Assembly (NCBI GenBank): GCA_028020825.1 | Contig: CM051638.1 | Coordinates: forward strand, 14,336,861 to 14,400,860 | Source: Podargus strigoides | Taxonomy: Eukaryota | Direction of reading: 5' to 3' | Length of the DNA: 64,000 nucleotides | Shown here: one piece after another, positions 46,160 to 61,000 of the stretch | How positions within the stretch are numbered: the stretch's first letter is position 1 | How the letters are laid out: each line of letters opens with the position of its first letter | Made by a program: the position numbers and the translations under genes | The notes under the pieces: generated by a model | Databases searched by the model: none | The model's input: only the letters and a program-made list of their open reading frames with translations | Told to the model about the DNA's origin: nothing

Positions 46160-49100
46160 ACACACTGTGGGTGTGGGAACCGTGCTGGGGGACAGCAGGC
46201 CTAGGGGGACCCACACAGTCGGGTAGGGAACAGTGCTGGGCGACAGCAGGCCTAGGGGGACAAACACAGTGGGTGAAGGAACAGTGCTGGGGGACAGCTG
46301 GATTAGGGGGACACACACAGTGTGTGAGGGAACAGTGTTGGGGGACAGCAGTCCTAGGGGGACACACACAGTGGGTGAGGAAACAGTGCTGGGGGACAGC
46401 AGGCCTAGGGGGACACACACAGTGTGTGAGGGAACAGTGCTGGGTGATAGCAGGCCTTGGGGGACACACACCATAGGTGAGGGAACAGTGCTGCGGGACA
46501 GCAGGCCTAGGGGGACACACACATAGGGTGAGGAAAGAGTGTTGGGGGACAGCAGGCCAAGGGGCACACAGAGTGCGTGAAGGAATAGTGTTAGGGGACA
46601 GCAGGCCTAGGGGGGCACATACAGTGTGTGTGGGAACCATGCTGGGGGACAGGAAGCCTAGGGGGACCCACAAAGTGGGGTAGGGAACAGTGCTGGGTGA
46701 CAGCAGGCCTAGGGGGACACACACCGTGGGTGAGGGAGTAGTGCTGAGGGATAGCAGGCCTAGGTGGGCATACACAGTGGGTGAGGGAAGAGTGCTGGGG
46801 GAAGGCAGGCTTAGCGGGGCACACACAGTGGGTGCGGGAACCTTGCTGGGGGACAGCAGGCCTAGGGGGACACACACAGTGGGTTAGGGAAAAGTGCTGG
46901 GGGACAGGAGTTCTAGGGCGACACACACAGTGGGTGAGGGAACAGTGCTGGGGGACAGCAGGCCTAGGGGGGCATACACAGTGGGTGAGGGAACAGTGTT
47001 GGGGGACAGCAGGCCTAGGGGGACACACACAGTGGGTGAGGGAACAGTGTTGGGGGACAGCAGCCCTAGGGGTGCACACACAGTGGGTGAGGGAACAGTG
47101 CTGGGTGATAGCAGGCCTAGGGGGACACACACATAGGGTGAGGAAAGAGTGTTGGGGGACAGCAGGCCAAGGGGACACACAGAGTGGGTGAAGGAACAGT
47201 GTTGGGGGACAGCAGGCCTAGGGGGGCACACACAGTGTGTGTGGGAACCATGCTGGGGGACAGCAAGCCTAGGGGGACCCACACAGTGCGGTAGGGAACA
47301 GTGCTGGGTGACAGCAGGCCTAGGGGGACACACACAGTGGGTGAGGGAATAGTGCTGGGGGATAGTAGGCCTAGGGGGACACACAGACTGGGTGAGGGAA
47401 CAGTGTTAGGGGACAGCAGGCCTAGGGGGACACACAGAGTGGGTGAGGGAACAGTGCTGGGGGACAGCAGGCCTAGGGGGGCACACAGAGTAGGTGAGGG
47501 AACAGTGCTGGGGGACAGCAGGCCTAGGGGGACACACACATTGGGTGAGGAAAGAGTGTTGGGGGACAGCAGGCCTAGGGGGACACACAGAGTGGGTGAG
47601 GGAACAGTGTTGGGGGAACGCAGGCTTAGGGGGGCACACACAGTGGGTGCGGGAACCTTGCTGGGGGACAGCAGGCCTAGGGGGACACACACAGTGGGTG
47701 AGGGAAAAGTGCTGGGGGACAGGAGTTGTAGGGCGACACACACAGTGGGTGAGGGAACAGTGCTGGGGGACAGCAGGCCTAGGGGGGCATACACAGTGGG
47801 TGAGGGAACAGTGTTGGGGGACAGCAGGCCTAGGGGGACACACAGAGTGGGTGAGGGAACAGTGTTGGGGGACAGCAGCCCTAGGGGTGCACACACAGTG
47901 GGTGAGGAAACAGTGGTGGGGGACAGCAGGCCTAGGGGGACACACACAGTGTGTGAGGGAACAGTGCTGGGTGATAGCAGGCCTAGGGGGACACACACGG
48001 TGGGTGAGGGAACAGTGTTGGGGGACAGCAGGCCTAGGGGGACACACACCATAGGTGAGGGAACAGTGCTGCGGGACAGCAGGCCTAGGGGGACACACAG
48101 AGTGGGTGAGGGTACAGTGTTGGGGGACAGCAGGACTAGGGGGGCACACACTGTGGGTGTGGGAACCGTGCTGGGGGACAGCAGGCCTAGGGGGACACAC
48201 AGAGTGGGTGAGGGAACAGTGCTGGGGGACAGCAGGCCTAGGTGGACACACACATTGGGTGAGGAAAGAGTGTTGGGGGACAGCAGGCCTAGGGGGACAC
48301 ACAGAGTGGGTGAGGGAACAGTGTTGGGGGACAGCAGGCCTAGGGGGGCATACACAGTGGGTGAGGGAACAGTGTTGGGGGACAGCAGGCCTAGGGGGAC
48401 ACACACAGTGTGTGAGGGAACTGTGCTGGGGGACAGCAGGCCTAGGGGGGCATACACAGTGTGTGCGGGAACAGTGTTGGGGGACAGCAGGCCTCGGGGG
48501 ACACACACAGTGGGTGAGGTAACAGTACTGGGTGATAGCAGGCCTAGGGGGACACACACATAGGGTGAGGAAAGAGTGTTGGGGGACAGCAGGCCAAGGG
48601 GACACACAGAGTGGGTGAAGGAACAGTGTTGGGGGACAGCAGGCCTAGGGGGACACACAGTGGGTGAGGGAACAGTGTTGGGTGACAGCAGGTCTAGGGG
48701 GACACACAGAGTGGGTGAGGGAACAGTGCTGGGGGACAGCAGGCCTAGGGGGGCCCACACAGTGGGGTAGGGAACAGTGCTGGGTGACAGCAGGCCTAGG
48801 GGCACACACAGAGTGGGTGAGGAAACAGTGTTGGGGGACAGCAGGCCTCGGGGGACACACAGAGTGGGTGAGGGAACAGTGTTGGGGGACACCAGGGCTA
48901 GGGGGACACACAGAGTGGGTGTTGGAACAGTGTTGGGGGACAGGAGGCCTAAGGGGAACCACACGGTGGGGTAGGGAACAGTGCTGGGTGACACCAGGCT
49001 TAGGGGGACACGCACAGTGGGTGAGGAAACAGTTTTGGGGGACAGCAGGCCTAGGGGGACACACAGAGTGGATTAGGGAACAGAGGTGGGGGACAGCAGG

Positions 49101-51040
49101 CCTAGGGGGACACACACAGTGGGTGAAGGAACAGTGCTGTGGGACAGCTGGATTAGGGGGACACACACAGTGTGTGAGGGAACAGTGTTGGGGGACAGCA
49201 GTCCTAGGGAGACACACACAGTGGGTGAGGAAACAGTGCTGGGGGACAGCAGGCCTAGGGGGACACACACAGTGTGTGAGGGAACAGTGCTGGGTGATAG
49301 CAGGCCTTGGGGGACACACACGGTGGGTGAGGGAACAGTGTTGGGGGACAGCAGGCCTAGGGGGACACACACCATAGGTGAGGGAACAGTGCTGGGGGAC
49401 AGCAGGCCTAGGGGGGAATCCACAGTGGGTGAGGGAACAGTGTTGGGGGACAGCAGTCCTAGGGGGGCACACACAGTGGGTGAGGGAACAGTGCTGGGGG
49501 ACAGCAGGCCTTGGGGGACACACACAGTGGGTGAGGGAACAGTGCTGGGTGATAGCAGGCCTAGGGGGGCACACACAATGGGTGAGGGAACAGTGTTGGG
49601 GGACAGCAGGACTAGGGGGGCACACACAGTCGGGTAGGGAACAGTGCTGGGGGACAGCTGGATTAGGGGGACACACAGTGCGTGAGGGAACTGTGTTGCG
49701 GGACAGCAGTCCTAGGGGGACACACACAGTGGGTGAGGAAACAGTGTTGGGGGACAGCAGGCCTAGGGGGACACACACAGTGGGTGCGGGAACAGTGTTG
49801 GGGGACAGCAGGCCTCGGGGGACACACACAGTGGGTGAGGTAACAGTACTGGGTGATAGCAGGCCTAGGGGGACACACACATAGGGTGAGGAAAGAGTGT
49901 TGGGGGACAGCAGGCCAAGGGGACACACAGAGTGGGTGAAGGAACAGTGTTGGGGGACAGCAGGCCTAGGGGGACACACAGTGGGTGAGGGAACAGTGTT
50001 GGGGGACAGCAGGTCTAGGGGGACACACAGAGTGGGTGAGGGAACAGTGCTGGGGGACAGGAAGCCTAGGGGGACCCACACAGTGGGGTAGGGAACAGTG
50101 CTGGGTGACAGCAGGCCTAGGGGCACACACAGAGTGGGTGAGGAAACAGTGTTGGGGGACAGCAGGCCTCGGGGGACACACAGAGTGGGTGAGGGAACGG
50201 TGTTGGGGGACAGCAGGGCTAGGGGGACACACAGAGTGGGTAAGGGAACATTGCTGGGGGACAGCAGGCCTAGGGGGGCACACGCAGTGGGTGAGGGAAG
50301 AGTGCTTGGGGACAGCAGGCCTAGGGGGGCACACACAGTGGGTGTGGGAACAGTGTTGGGGGACAGGAGCCCTAAGGGGAACCACACAGTGGGGTAGGGA
50401 ACAGTGCTGGGTGACACCAGGCTTAGGGGGACACGCACAGTGGGTGAGGAAACAGTTTTGGGGGACAGCAGGCCTAGGGGGACACACAGAGTGGATTAGG
50501 GAACAGAGGTGGGGGACAGCAGGCCTAGGGGGACACACACAGTGGGTGAGGGAACAGTGCTGGGGGACAGCAGGTCTAGGGGGTCACACACAGTGGGTGA
50601 AGGAACAGTGCTGTGGGACAGCTGGATTAGGGGGACACACACAGTGTGTGAGGGAACAGTGTTGGGGGACAGCAGTCCTAGGGGGACACACACAGTGGGT
50701 GAGGAAACAGTGCTGGGGGACAGCAGGCCTAGGGGGACACACACAGTGTGTGAGGGAACAGTGCTGGGTGATAGCAGGCCTTGGGGGACACACACGGTGG
50801 GTGAGGGAACAGTGTTGGGGGACAGCAGGCCTAGGGGAACACACACCACAGGTGAGGGAACAGTGCTGGGGGACAGCAGGCCTAGGGGGGAATCCACAGT
50901 GGGTGAGGGAACAGTGTTGGGGGACAGCAGTCCTAGGGGGGCACACACAGTGGGTGAGGGAACAGTGCTGGGGGACAGCAGGCCTAGGGGGGCATACACA
51001 GTGAGTGCGGGAACAGTGTTGGGGGACAGCAGGACTAGGG
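46160..51040. repeat. Higher-order repeat block A (4,885 bp, about 96 units). It is sequence-identical to block B over every ORF examined.
   Basis: ORF pairs at a constant +4,885 offset have identical translations. 46591..47178(-) matches 51476..52063(-), 195 aa. 47117..49015(-) matches 52002..53900(-), 632 aa. 47301..48563(+) matches 52186..53448(+), 420 aa. 48645..50438(-) matches 53530..55323(-), 597 aa. 49985..51004(+) matches 54870..55889(+), 339 aa. Confidence 0.9.
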
Positions 51041-51044
51041 GGGC

Positions 51045-54000
51045 ACACACTGTGGGTGTGGGAACCGTGCTGGGGGACAGCAGGCCTAGGGGGACCCACA
51101 CAGTCGGGTAGGGAACAGTGCTGGGCGACAGCAGGCCTAGGGGGACAAACACAGTGGGTGAAGGAACAGTGCTGGGGGACAGCTGGATTAGGGGGACACA
51201 CACAGTGTGTGAGGGAACAGTGTTGGGGGACAGCAGTCCTAGGGGGACACACACAGTGGGTGAGGAAACAGTGCTGGGGGACAGCAGGCCTAGGGGGACA
51301 CACACAGTGTGTGAGGGAACAGTGCTGGGTGATAGCAGGCCTTGGGGGACACACACCATAGGTGAGGGAACAGTGCTGCGGGACAGCAGGCCTAGGGGGA
51401 CACACACATAGGGTGAGGAAAGAGTGTTGGGGGACAGCAGGCCAAGGGGCACACAGAGTGCGTGAAGGAATAGTGTTAGGGGACAGCAGGCCTAGGGGGG
51501 CACATACAGTGTGTGTGGGAACCATGCTGGGGGACAGGAAGCCTAGGGGGACCCACAAAGTGGGGTAGGGAACAGTGCTGGGTGACAGCAGGCCTAGGGG
51601 GACACACACCGTGGGTGAGGGAGTAGTGCTGAGGGATAGCAGGCCTAGGTGGGCATACACAGTGGGTGAGGGAAGAGTGCTGGGGGAAGGCAGGCTTAGC
51701 GGGGCACACACAGTGGGTGCGGGAACCTTGCTGGGGGACAGCAGGCCTAGGGGGACACACACAGTGGGTTAGGGAAAAGTGCTGGGGGACAGGAGTTCTA
51801 GGGCGACACACACAGTGGGTGAGGGAACAGTGCTGGGGGACAGCAGGCCTAGGGGGGCATACACAGTGGGTGAGGGAACAGTGTTGGGGGACAGCAGGCC
51901 TAGGGGGACACACACAGTGGGTGAGGGAACAGTGTTGGGGGACAGCAGCCCTAGGGGTGCACACACAGTGGGTGAGGGAACAGTGCTGGGTGATAGCAGG
52001 CCTAGGGGGACACACACATAGGGTGAGGAAAGAGTGTTGGGGGACAGCAGGCCAAGGGGACACACAGAGTGGGTGAAGGAACAGTGTTGGGGGACAGCAG
52101 GCCTAGGGGGGCACACACAGTGTGTGTGGGAACCATGCTGGGGGACAGCAAGCCTAGGGGGACCCACACAGTGCGGTAGGGAACAGTGCTGGGTGACAGC
52201 AGGCCTAGGGGGACACACACAGTGGGTGAGGGAATAGTGCTGGGGGATAGCAGGCCTAGGGGGACACACAGACTGGGTGAGGGAACAGTGTTAGGGGACA
52301 GCAGGCCTAGGGGGACACACAGAGTGGGTGAGGGAACAGTGCTGGGGGACAGCAGGCCTAGGGGGGCACACAGAGTAGGTGAGGGAACAGTGCTGGGGGA
52401 CAGCAGGCCTAGGGGGACACACACATTGGGTGAGGAAAGAGTGTTGGGGGACAGCAGGCCTAGGGGGACACACAGAGTGGGTGAGGGAACAGTGTTGGGG
52501 GAACGCAGGCTTAGGGGGGCACACACAGTGGGTGCGGGAACCTTGCTGGGGGACAGCAGGCCTAGGGGGACACACACAGTGGGTGAGGGAAAAGTGCTGG
52601 GGGACAGGAGTTGTAGGGCGACACACACAGTGGGTGAGGGAACAGTGCTGGGGGACAGCAGGCCTAGGGGGGCATACACAGTGGGTGAGGGAACAGTGTT
52701 GGGGGACAGCAGGCCTAGGGGGACACACAGAGTGGGTGAGGGAACAGTGTTGGGGGACAGCAGCCCTAGGGGTGCACACACAGTGGGTGAGGAAACAGTG
52801 GTGGGGGACAGCAGGCCTAGGGGGACACACACAGTGTGTGAGGGAACAGTGCTGGGTGATAGCAGGCCTAGGGGGACACACACGGTGGGTGAGGGAACAG
52901 TGTTGGGGGACAGCAGGCCTAGGGGGACACACACCATAGGTGAGGGAACAGTGCTGCGGGACAGCAGGCCTAGGGGGACACACAGAGTGGGTGAGGGTAC
53001 AGTGTTGGGGGACAGCAGGACTAGGGGGGCACACACTGTGGGTGTGGGAACCGTGCTGGGGGACAGCAGGCCTAGGGGGACACACAGAGTGGGTGAGGGA
53101 ACAGTGCTGGGGGACAGCAGGCCTAGGTGGACACACACATTGGGTGAGGAAAGAGTGTTGGGGGACAGCAGGCCTAGGGGGACACACAGAGTGGGTGAGG
53201 GAACAGTGTTGGGGGACAGCAGGCCTAGGGGGGCATACACAGTGGGTGAGGGAACAGTGTTGGGGGACAGCAGGCCTAGGGGGACACACACAGTGTGTGA
53301 GGGAACTGTGCTGGGGGACAGCAGGCCTAGGGGGGCATACACAGTGTGTGCGGGAACAGTGTTGGGGGACAGCAGGCCTCGGGGGACACACACAGTGGGT
53401 GAGGTAACAGTACTGGGTGATAGCAGGCCTAGGGGGACACACACATAGGGTGAGGAAAGAGTGTTGGGGGACAGCAGGCCAAGGGGACACACAGAGTGGG
53501 TGAAGGAACAGTGTTGGGGGACAGCAGGCCTAGGGGGACACACAGTGGGTGAGGGAACAGTGTTGGGTGACAGCAGGTCTAGGGGGACACACAGAGTGGG
53601 TGAGGGAACAGTGCTGGGGGACAGCAGGCCTAGGGGGGCCCACACAGTGGGGTAGGGAACAGTGCTGGGTGACAGCAGGCCTAGGGGCACACACAGAGTG
53701 GGTGAGGAAACAGTGTTGGGGGACAGCAGGCCTCGGGGGACACACAGAGTGGGTGAGGGAACAGTGTTGGGGGACACCAGGGCTAGGGGGACACACAGAG
53801 TGGGTGTTGGAACAGTGTTGGGGGACAGGAGGCCTAAGGGGAACCACACGGTGGGGTAGGGAACAGTGCTGGGTGACACCAGGCTTAGGGGGACACGCAC
53901 AGTGGGTGAGGAAACAGTTTTGGGGGACAGCAGGCCTAGGGGGACACACAGAGTGGATTAGGGAACAGAGGTGGGGGACAGCAGGCCTAGGGGGACACAC

Positions 54001-55925
54001 ACAGTGGGTGAAGGAACAGTGCTGTGGGACAGCTGGATTAGGGGGACACACACAGTGTGTGAGGGAACAGTGTTGGGGGACAGCAGTCCTAGGGAGACAC
54101 ACACAGTGGGTGAGGAAACAGTGCTGGGGGACAGCAGGCCTAGGGGGACACACACAGTGTGTGAGGGAACAGTGCTGGGTGATAGCAGGCCTTGGGGGAC
54201 ACACACGGTGGGTGAGGGAACAGTGTTGGGGGACAGCAGGCCTAGGGGGACACACACCATAGGTGAGGGAACAGTGCTGGGGGACAGCAGGCCTAGGGGG
54301 GAATCCACAGTGGGTGAGGGAACAGTGTTGGGGGACAGCAGTCCTAGGGGGGCACACACAGTGGGTGAGGGAACAGTGCTGGGGGACAGCAGGCCTTGGG
54401 GGACACACACAGTGGGTGAGGGAACAGTGCTGGGTGATAGCAGGCCTAGGGGGGCACACACAATGGGTGAGGGAACAGTGTTGGGGGACAGCAGGACTAG
54501 GGGGGCACACACAGTCGGGTAGGGAACAGTGCTGGGGGACAGCTGGATTAGGGGGACACACAGTGCGTGAGGGAACTGTGTTGCGGGACAGCAGTCCTAG
54601 GGGGACACACACAGTGGGTGAGGAAACAGTGTTGGGGGACAGCAGGCCTAGGGGGACACACACAGTGGGTGCGGGAACAGTGTTGGGGGACAGCAGGCCT
54701 CGGGGGACACACACAGTGGGTGAGGTAACAGTACTGGGTGATAGCAGGCCTAGGGGGACACACACATAGGGTGAGGAAAGAGTGTTGGGGGACAGCAGGC
54801 CAAGGGGACACACAGAGTGGGTGAAGGAACAGTGTTGGGGGACAGCAGGCCTAGGGGGACACACAGTGGGTGAGGGAACAGTGTTGGGGGACAGCAGGTC
54901 TAGGGGGACACACAGAGTGGGTGAGGGAACAGTGCTGGGGGACAGGAAGCCTAGGGGGACCCACACAGTGGGGTAGGGAACAGTGCTGGGTGACAGCAGG
55001 CCTAGGGGCACACACAGAGTGGGTGAGGAAACAGTGTTGGGGGACAGCAGGCCTCGGGGGACACACAGAGTGGGTGAGGGAACGGTGTTGGGGGACAGCA
55101 GGGCTAGGGGGACACACAGAGTGGGTAAGGGAACATTGCTGGGGGACAGCAGGCCTAGGGGGGCACACGCAGTGGGTGAGGGAAGAGTGCTTGGGGACAG
55201 CAGGCCTAGGGGGGCACACACAGTGGGTGTGGGAACAGTGTTGGGGGACAGGAGCCCTAAGGGGAACCACACAGTGGGGTAGGGAACAGTGCTGGGTGAC
55301 ACCAGGCTTAGGGGGACACGCACAGTGGGTGAGGAAACAGTTTTGGGGGACAGCAGGCCTAGGGGGACACACAGAGTGGATTAGGGAACAGAGGTGGGGG
55401 ACAGCAGGCCTAGGGGGACACACACAGTGGGTGAGGGAACAGTGCTGGGGGACAGCAGGTCTAGGGGGTCACACACAGTGGGTGAAGGAACAGTGCTGTG
55501 GGACAGCTGGATTAGGGGGACACACACAGTGTGTGAGGGAACAGTGTTGGGGGACAGCAGTCCTAGGGGGACACACACAGTGGGTGAGGAAACAGTGCTG
55601 GGGGACAGCAGGCCTAGGGGGACACACACAGTGTGTGAGGGAACAGTGCTGGGTGATAGCAGGCCTTGGGGGACACACACGGTGGGTGAGGGAACAGTGT
55701 TGGGGGACAGCAGGCCTAGGGGAACACACACCACAGGTGAGGGAACAGTGCTGGGGGACAGCAGGCCTAGGGGGGAATCCACAGTGGGTGAGGGAACAGT
55801 GTTGGGGGACAGCAGTCCTAGGGGGGCACACACAGTGGGTGAGGGAACAGTGCTGGGGGACAGCAGGCCTAGGGGGGCATACACAGTGAGTGCGGGAACA
55901 GTGTTGGGGGACAGCAGGCCTTGGG
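51045..55925. repeat. Higher-order repeat block B (4,885 bp), a tandem copy of block A
   Basis: Same ORF pairs as block A. Divergence from the flanks begins at about 46170/51055 on the left and about 51037/55922 on the right. Confidence 0.9.
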
Positions 55926-58029
55926 GGACACACACAGTGGGTGAGGGAACAGTGCTGGGTGATAGCAGGCCTAGGGGGGCACACACAATGGGTGAGGGAA
56001 CAGTGTTGGGGGACAGCAGGACTAGGGGGGCACACACAGTCGGGTAGGGAACAGTGCTGGGGGACAGCTGGATTAGGGGGACACACAGTGCGTGAGGGAA
56101 CTGTGTTGCGGGACAGCAGTCCTAGGGGGACACACACAGTGGGTGAGGAAACAGTGCTGGGGGACAGCAGGCCTAGGGGGACACACACAGTGGGTGCGGG
56201 AACAGTGTTGGGGGACAGCAGGCCTCGGGGGACACACACAGTGGGTGAGGTAACAGTACTGGGTGATAGCAGGCCTAGGGGGACACACACATAGGGTGAG
56301 GAAAGAGTGTTGGGGGACAGCAGGCCAAGGGGACACACAGAGTGGGTGAAGGAACAGTGTTGGGGGACAGCAGGCCTAGGGGGACACACAGTGGGTGAGG
56401 GAACAGTGTTGGGGGACAGCAGGTCTAGGGGGACACACAGAGTGGGTGAGGGAACAGTGCTGGGGGACAGGAAGCCTAGGGGGACCCACACAGTGGGGTA
56501 GGGAACAGTGCTGGGTGACAGCAGGCCTAGGGGCACACACAGAGTGGGTGAGGAAACAGTGTTGGGGGACAGCAGGCCTCGGGGGACACACAGAGTGGGT
56601 GAGGGAACAGTGTTGGGGGACAGCAGGGCTAGGGGGACACACAGAGTGGGTAAGGGAACATTGCTGGGGGACAGCAGGCCTAGGGGGGCACACGCAGTGG
56701 GTGAGGGAAGAGTGTTTGGGGACAGCAGGCCTAGGGGGGCACACACAGTGGGTGTGGGAACAGTGTTGGGGGACAGGAGGCCTAAGGGGAACCACACAGT
56801 GGGGTAGGGAACAGTGCTGGGTGACACCAGGCTTAGGGGGACACGCACAGTGGGTGAGGAAACAGTTTTGGGGGACAGCAGGCCTAGGGGGACACACAGA
56901 GTGGATTAGGGAAAAGAGGTGGGGGACAGCAGGCCTAGGGGGACACACACAGTGGGTGAGGGAACAGTGCTGGGGGACAGCAGGTCTAGGGGTACACACA
57001 CAGTGGGTGAAGGAACAGTGCTGTGGGACAGCTGGATTAGGGGGACACACACAGTGTGTGAGGGAACAGTGTTGGGGGACAGCAGTCCTAGGGGGACACA
57101 CACAGTGGGTGAGGAAACAGTGCTGGGGGACAGCAGGCCTAGGGGGACACACACAGTGTGTGAGGGAACAGTGCTGGGTGATAGCAGGCCTTGGGGGACA
57201 CACACAGTGGGTGAGGGAACAGTGTTGGGGGACAGCAGGCCTAGGGGGACACACACCATAGGTGAGGGAACAGTGCTGGGGGACAGCAGGCCTAGGGGGG
57301 AATCCACAGTGGGTGAGGGAACAGTGTTGGGGGACAGCAGGCCTAGGGCGGCACACACAGTGGGTGAGGAAACAGTGCTGGGGGACAGCAGGCCTAGGGG
57401 GGCATACACAGTGGGTGCGGGAACAGTGTTGGGGGACAGCAGGCCTCGGGGGACACACACAGTGGGTGAGGGAACAGTGCTGGGTGATAGCAGGCCTAGG
57501 GTGACACACACATAGGGTGAGGAAAGAGTGTTGGGGGACAGCAGGCCAAGGGGACACACAGAGTGGGTGAAGGAACAGTGTTGGGGCACAGCAGGCCTAG
57601 GGGGGCACACACAGTGTGTGTGGGAACCATGCTGGGGGACAGGAAGCCAAGGGGGACCCACAAAGTGGGGTAGGGAACAGTGCTGGGTGACAGCAGGCCT
57701 AGGGGGACACACACCGTGGGTGAGGGAATAGTGCTGGGGGATAGCAGGCCTAGGTGGGCATACACAGTGGGTGAGGGAAGAGTGCTGGGGGAAGGCAGGC
57801 TTAGGGGGGCACACACAGTGGGTGCGGAACCTTGCTGGGGGACAGCAGGCCTAGGGGGACACACACAGTGGGTGAGGGAAAAGTGCTGGGGGACATGAGT
57901 TCTAGGGCGACACATACAGTGGGTGAGGGAACAGTGCTGGGGGACAGGAGGCCTAGGGGGGCATACACAGTGGGTGAGGGAACAGTGTTGGGGGACAGCA
58001 GGCCTAGGGGGACACACACAGTGGGTGAG

Positions 58030-61000
58030 GAACCAGTGTTGGGGGACATCAGCCCTAGGGGTGCACACACAGTGGGTGCGGGAACAGTGTTGGGGGACAG
58101 CAGGCCTAGGGGGACGGACACATTGGGTGAGGGAACAGTGCTGGGGGACAGCAGGCCTAGGGGGACACACACAGTGGGTGAGGGAACAGTGTTGGGGGAC
58201 AGCAGGCCTAGGGGGGCACACATAGTGGGTGTCGGAACTGTGCTGGGGTACAGCAGGCCTAGGGGGACCCACACAGTGGATGAGGGAACAGTGCTGGGGG
58301 ACAGCAGGCCTAGGGGGGCACACACAGTCGGGTAGGGAACAGTGCTGGGGGACAGCAGGCCTAGGGGGGCATACACAGTGGGTGCGGGAACAGTGTTGGG
58401 GGACAGCAGGCCTCGGGGGACACACACAGTGGGTGAGGAAACAGTGCTGTGGGACAGCAGGTCTAGGGGGTCACACACAGTGGGTGAAGGAACAATGCTG
58501 TGGGACAGCTGGATTAGGGGGACACACACAATGTGTGAGGGAACAGTGTTGGGGGACAGCAGTCCTAGGGGGACACACACAGTGGGTGAGGAAACAGTGC
58601 TGGGGGACAGCAGGCCTAGGGGGACACACACAGTGTGTGAGGGAACAGTGCTGGGTGATAGCAGGCCTTGAGGGACACACACGGTGGGTGAGGGAACAGT
58701 GTTTGGGGACAGCAGGCCTAGGGGGACACACACCATAGGTGAGGGAACAGTGCTGGGGGACAGCAGGCCTAGGGGGGAATCCACAGTGGGTGAGGGAACA
58801 GTGTTGGGGGACAGCAGTCCTAGGGGGGCACACACAGTGGGTGAGGGAACAGTGCTGGGGGACAGCAGGCCTTGGGGGACACACACAGTGGGTGAGGGAA
58901 CAGTGCTGGGTGATAGCAGGCCTAGGGTGACACACACATAGGGTGAGGAAACAGTGTTGGGGGACAGCAGGCCTAGGGGGGCACACACAGTGTGTGTGGG
59001 AACCATGCTGGGGGACAGGAAGCCAAGGGGGACCCACAAAGTGGGGTAGGGATCAGTGCTGGGTGACAGCAGGCCTAGGGGGACACACACCGTGGGTGAG
59101 GGAATAGTGCTGGGGGATAGCAGGCCTAGGTGGGCATACACAGTGGGTGAGGGAAGAGTGCTGGGGGAAGGCAGGCTTAGGGGGGCACACACAGTGGGTG
59201 CGGGAACCTTGATGGGGGACAGCAGGCCTAGGGGGACACACACAGTGGGTGAGGGAAAAGTGTTGGGGGACATCAGCCCTAGGGGTGCACACACAGTGGG
59301 TGCGGGAACAGTGTTGGGGGACAGCAGGCCTAGGGGGACACACACAGTGTGTGAGGGAACTGTGCTGGGGGACAGCAGGCCTAGGGGGGCATACACAGTG
59401 GGTGCGGGAACAGTGTTGGGGGACAGCAGGCCTCGGGGGACACACACAGTGGGTGAGGAAACAGTGCTGGGGGACAGCAGGCCTAGGGGGACACACACAG
59501 TGTGTGAGGGACCAGTGCTGGGTGATAGCAGGCCTTGGGGGACACACACGGTGGGTGAGGGAACAGTGCTGGGGGACAGCAGGCCTAGGGGGACACACAC
59601 CATAGGTGAGGGAACAGTGCTGGGGGACAGCAGGCCTAGGGGGGAATCCACAGTGGGTGAGGGAACAGTGTTGGGGGACAGCAGGCCTAGGGGGGCATAC
59701 ACAGTGGGTGCGGGAACAGTGTTGGGGGACAGCAGGCCTAGGGGGACACACACAGTGGGTGAGGGAACAGTGTTGGGGGACAGCAGGCCTAGGGGGGCAC
59801 ACAGAGTGGGTGTCGGAACTGTGCTGGGGTACAGCAGGCCTAGGGGGACCCACACAGTGGGTGAGGGAACAGTGCTGGGGAACAGCAGGCCTAGGGGGGC
59901 ACACACAGTCGGGTAGGGAACAGTGCTGGGGGACAGCAGGCCTAGGGGGGCATACACAGTGGGTGCGGGAACAGTGCTGGGGGACAGCAGGCCTAGGGGG
60001 ACACACACCATAGGTGAGGGAACAGTGCTGGGGGACATCAGCCCTAGGGGTGCACACACAGTGGGTGCGGGAACAGTGTTGGGGGACAGCAGGCCTAGGG
60101 GGACGGACACATTGGGTGAGGGAACAGTGCTGGGGGACAGCAGGCCTAGGGGGACACACACAGTGGGTGAGGGAACAGTGTTGGGGGACAGCAGGCCTAG
60201 GGGGGCACACAGAGTGGGTGTCGGAACTGTGCTGGGGTACAGCAGGCCTAGGGGGACCCACACAGTGGGTGAGGGAACAGTGCTGGGGGACAGCAGGCCT
60301 AGGGGGGCACACACAGTCGGGTAGGGAACAGTGCTGGGGGACAGCAGGCCTAGGGGGGCATACACAGTGGGTGCGGGAACAGTGTTGGGGGACAGCAGGC
60401 CTCGGGGGACACACACAGTGGGTGAGGAAACAGTGCTGGGGGACAGCAGGTCTAGGGGGTCACACACAGTGGGTGAAGGAACAATGCTGTGGGACAGCTG
60501 GATTAGGGGGACACACACAATGTGTGAGGGAACAGTGTTGGGGGACAGCAGTCCTAGGGGGACACACACAGTGGGTGAGGAAACAGTGCTGGGGGACAGC
60601 AGGCCTAGGGGGACACACACAGTGTGTGAGGGAACAGTGCTGGGTGATAGCAGGCCTTGAGGGACACACACGGTGGGTGAGGGAACAGTGTTTGGGGACA
60701 GCAGGCCTAGGGGGACACACACCATAGGTGAGGGAACAGTGCTGGGGGACAGCAGGCCTAGGGGGGAATCCACAGTGGGTGAGGGAACAGTGTTGGTGGA
60801 CAGCAGTCCTAGGGGGGCACACACAGTGGGTGAGGGAACAGTGCTGGGGGACAGCAGGCCTTGGGGGACACACACAGTGGGTGAGGGAACAGTGCTGGGT
60901 GATAGCAGGCCTAGGGTGAAACACACATAGGGTGAGGAAACAGTGTTGGGGGACAGCAGGCCTAGGGGGGCACACACAGTGTGTGTGGGAACCATGCTGG

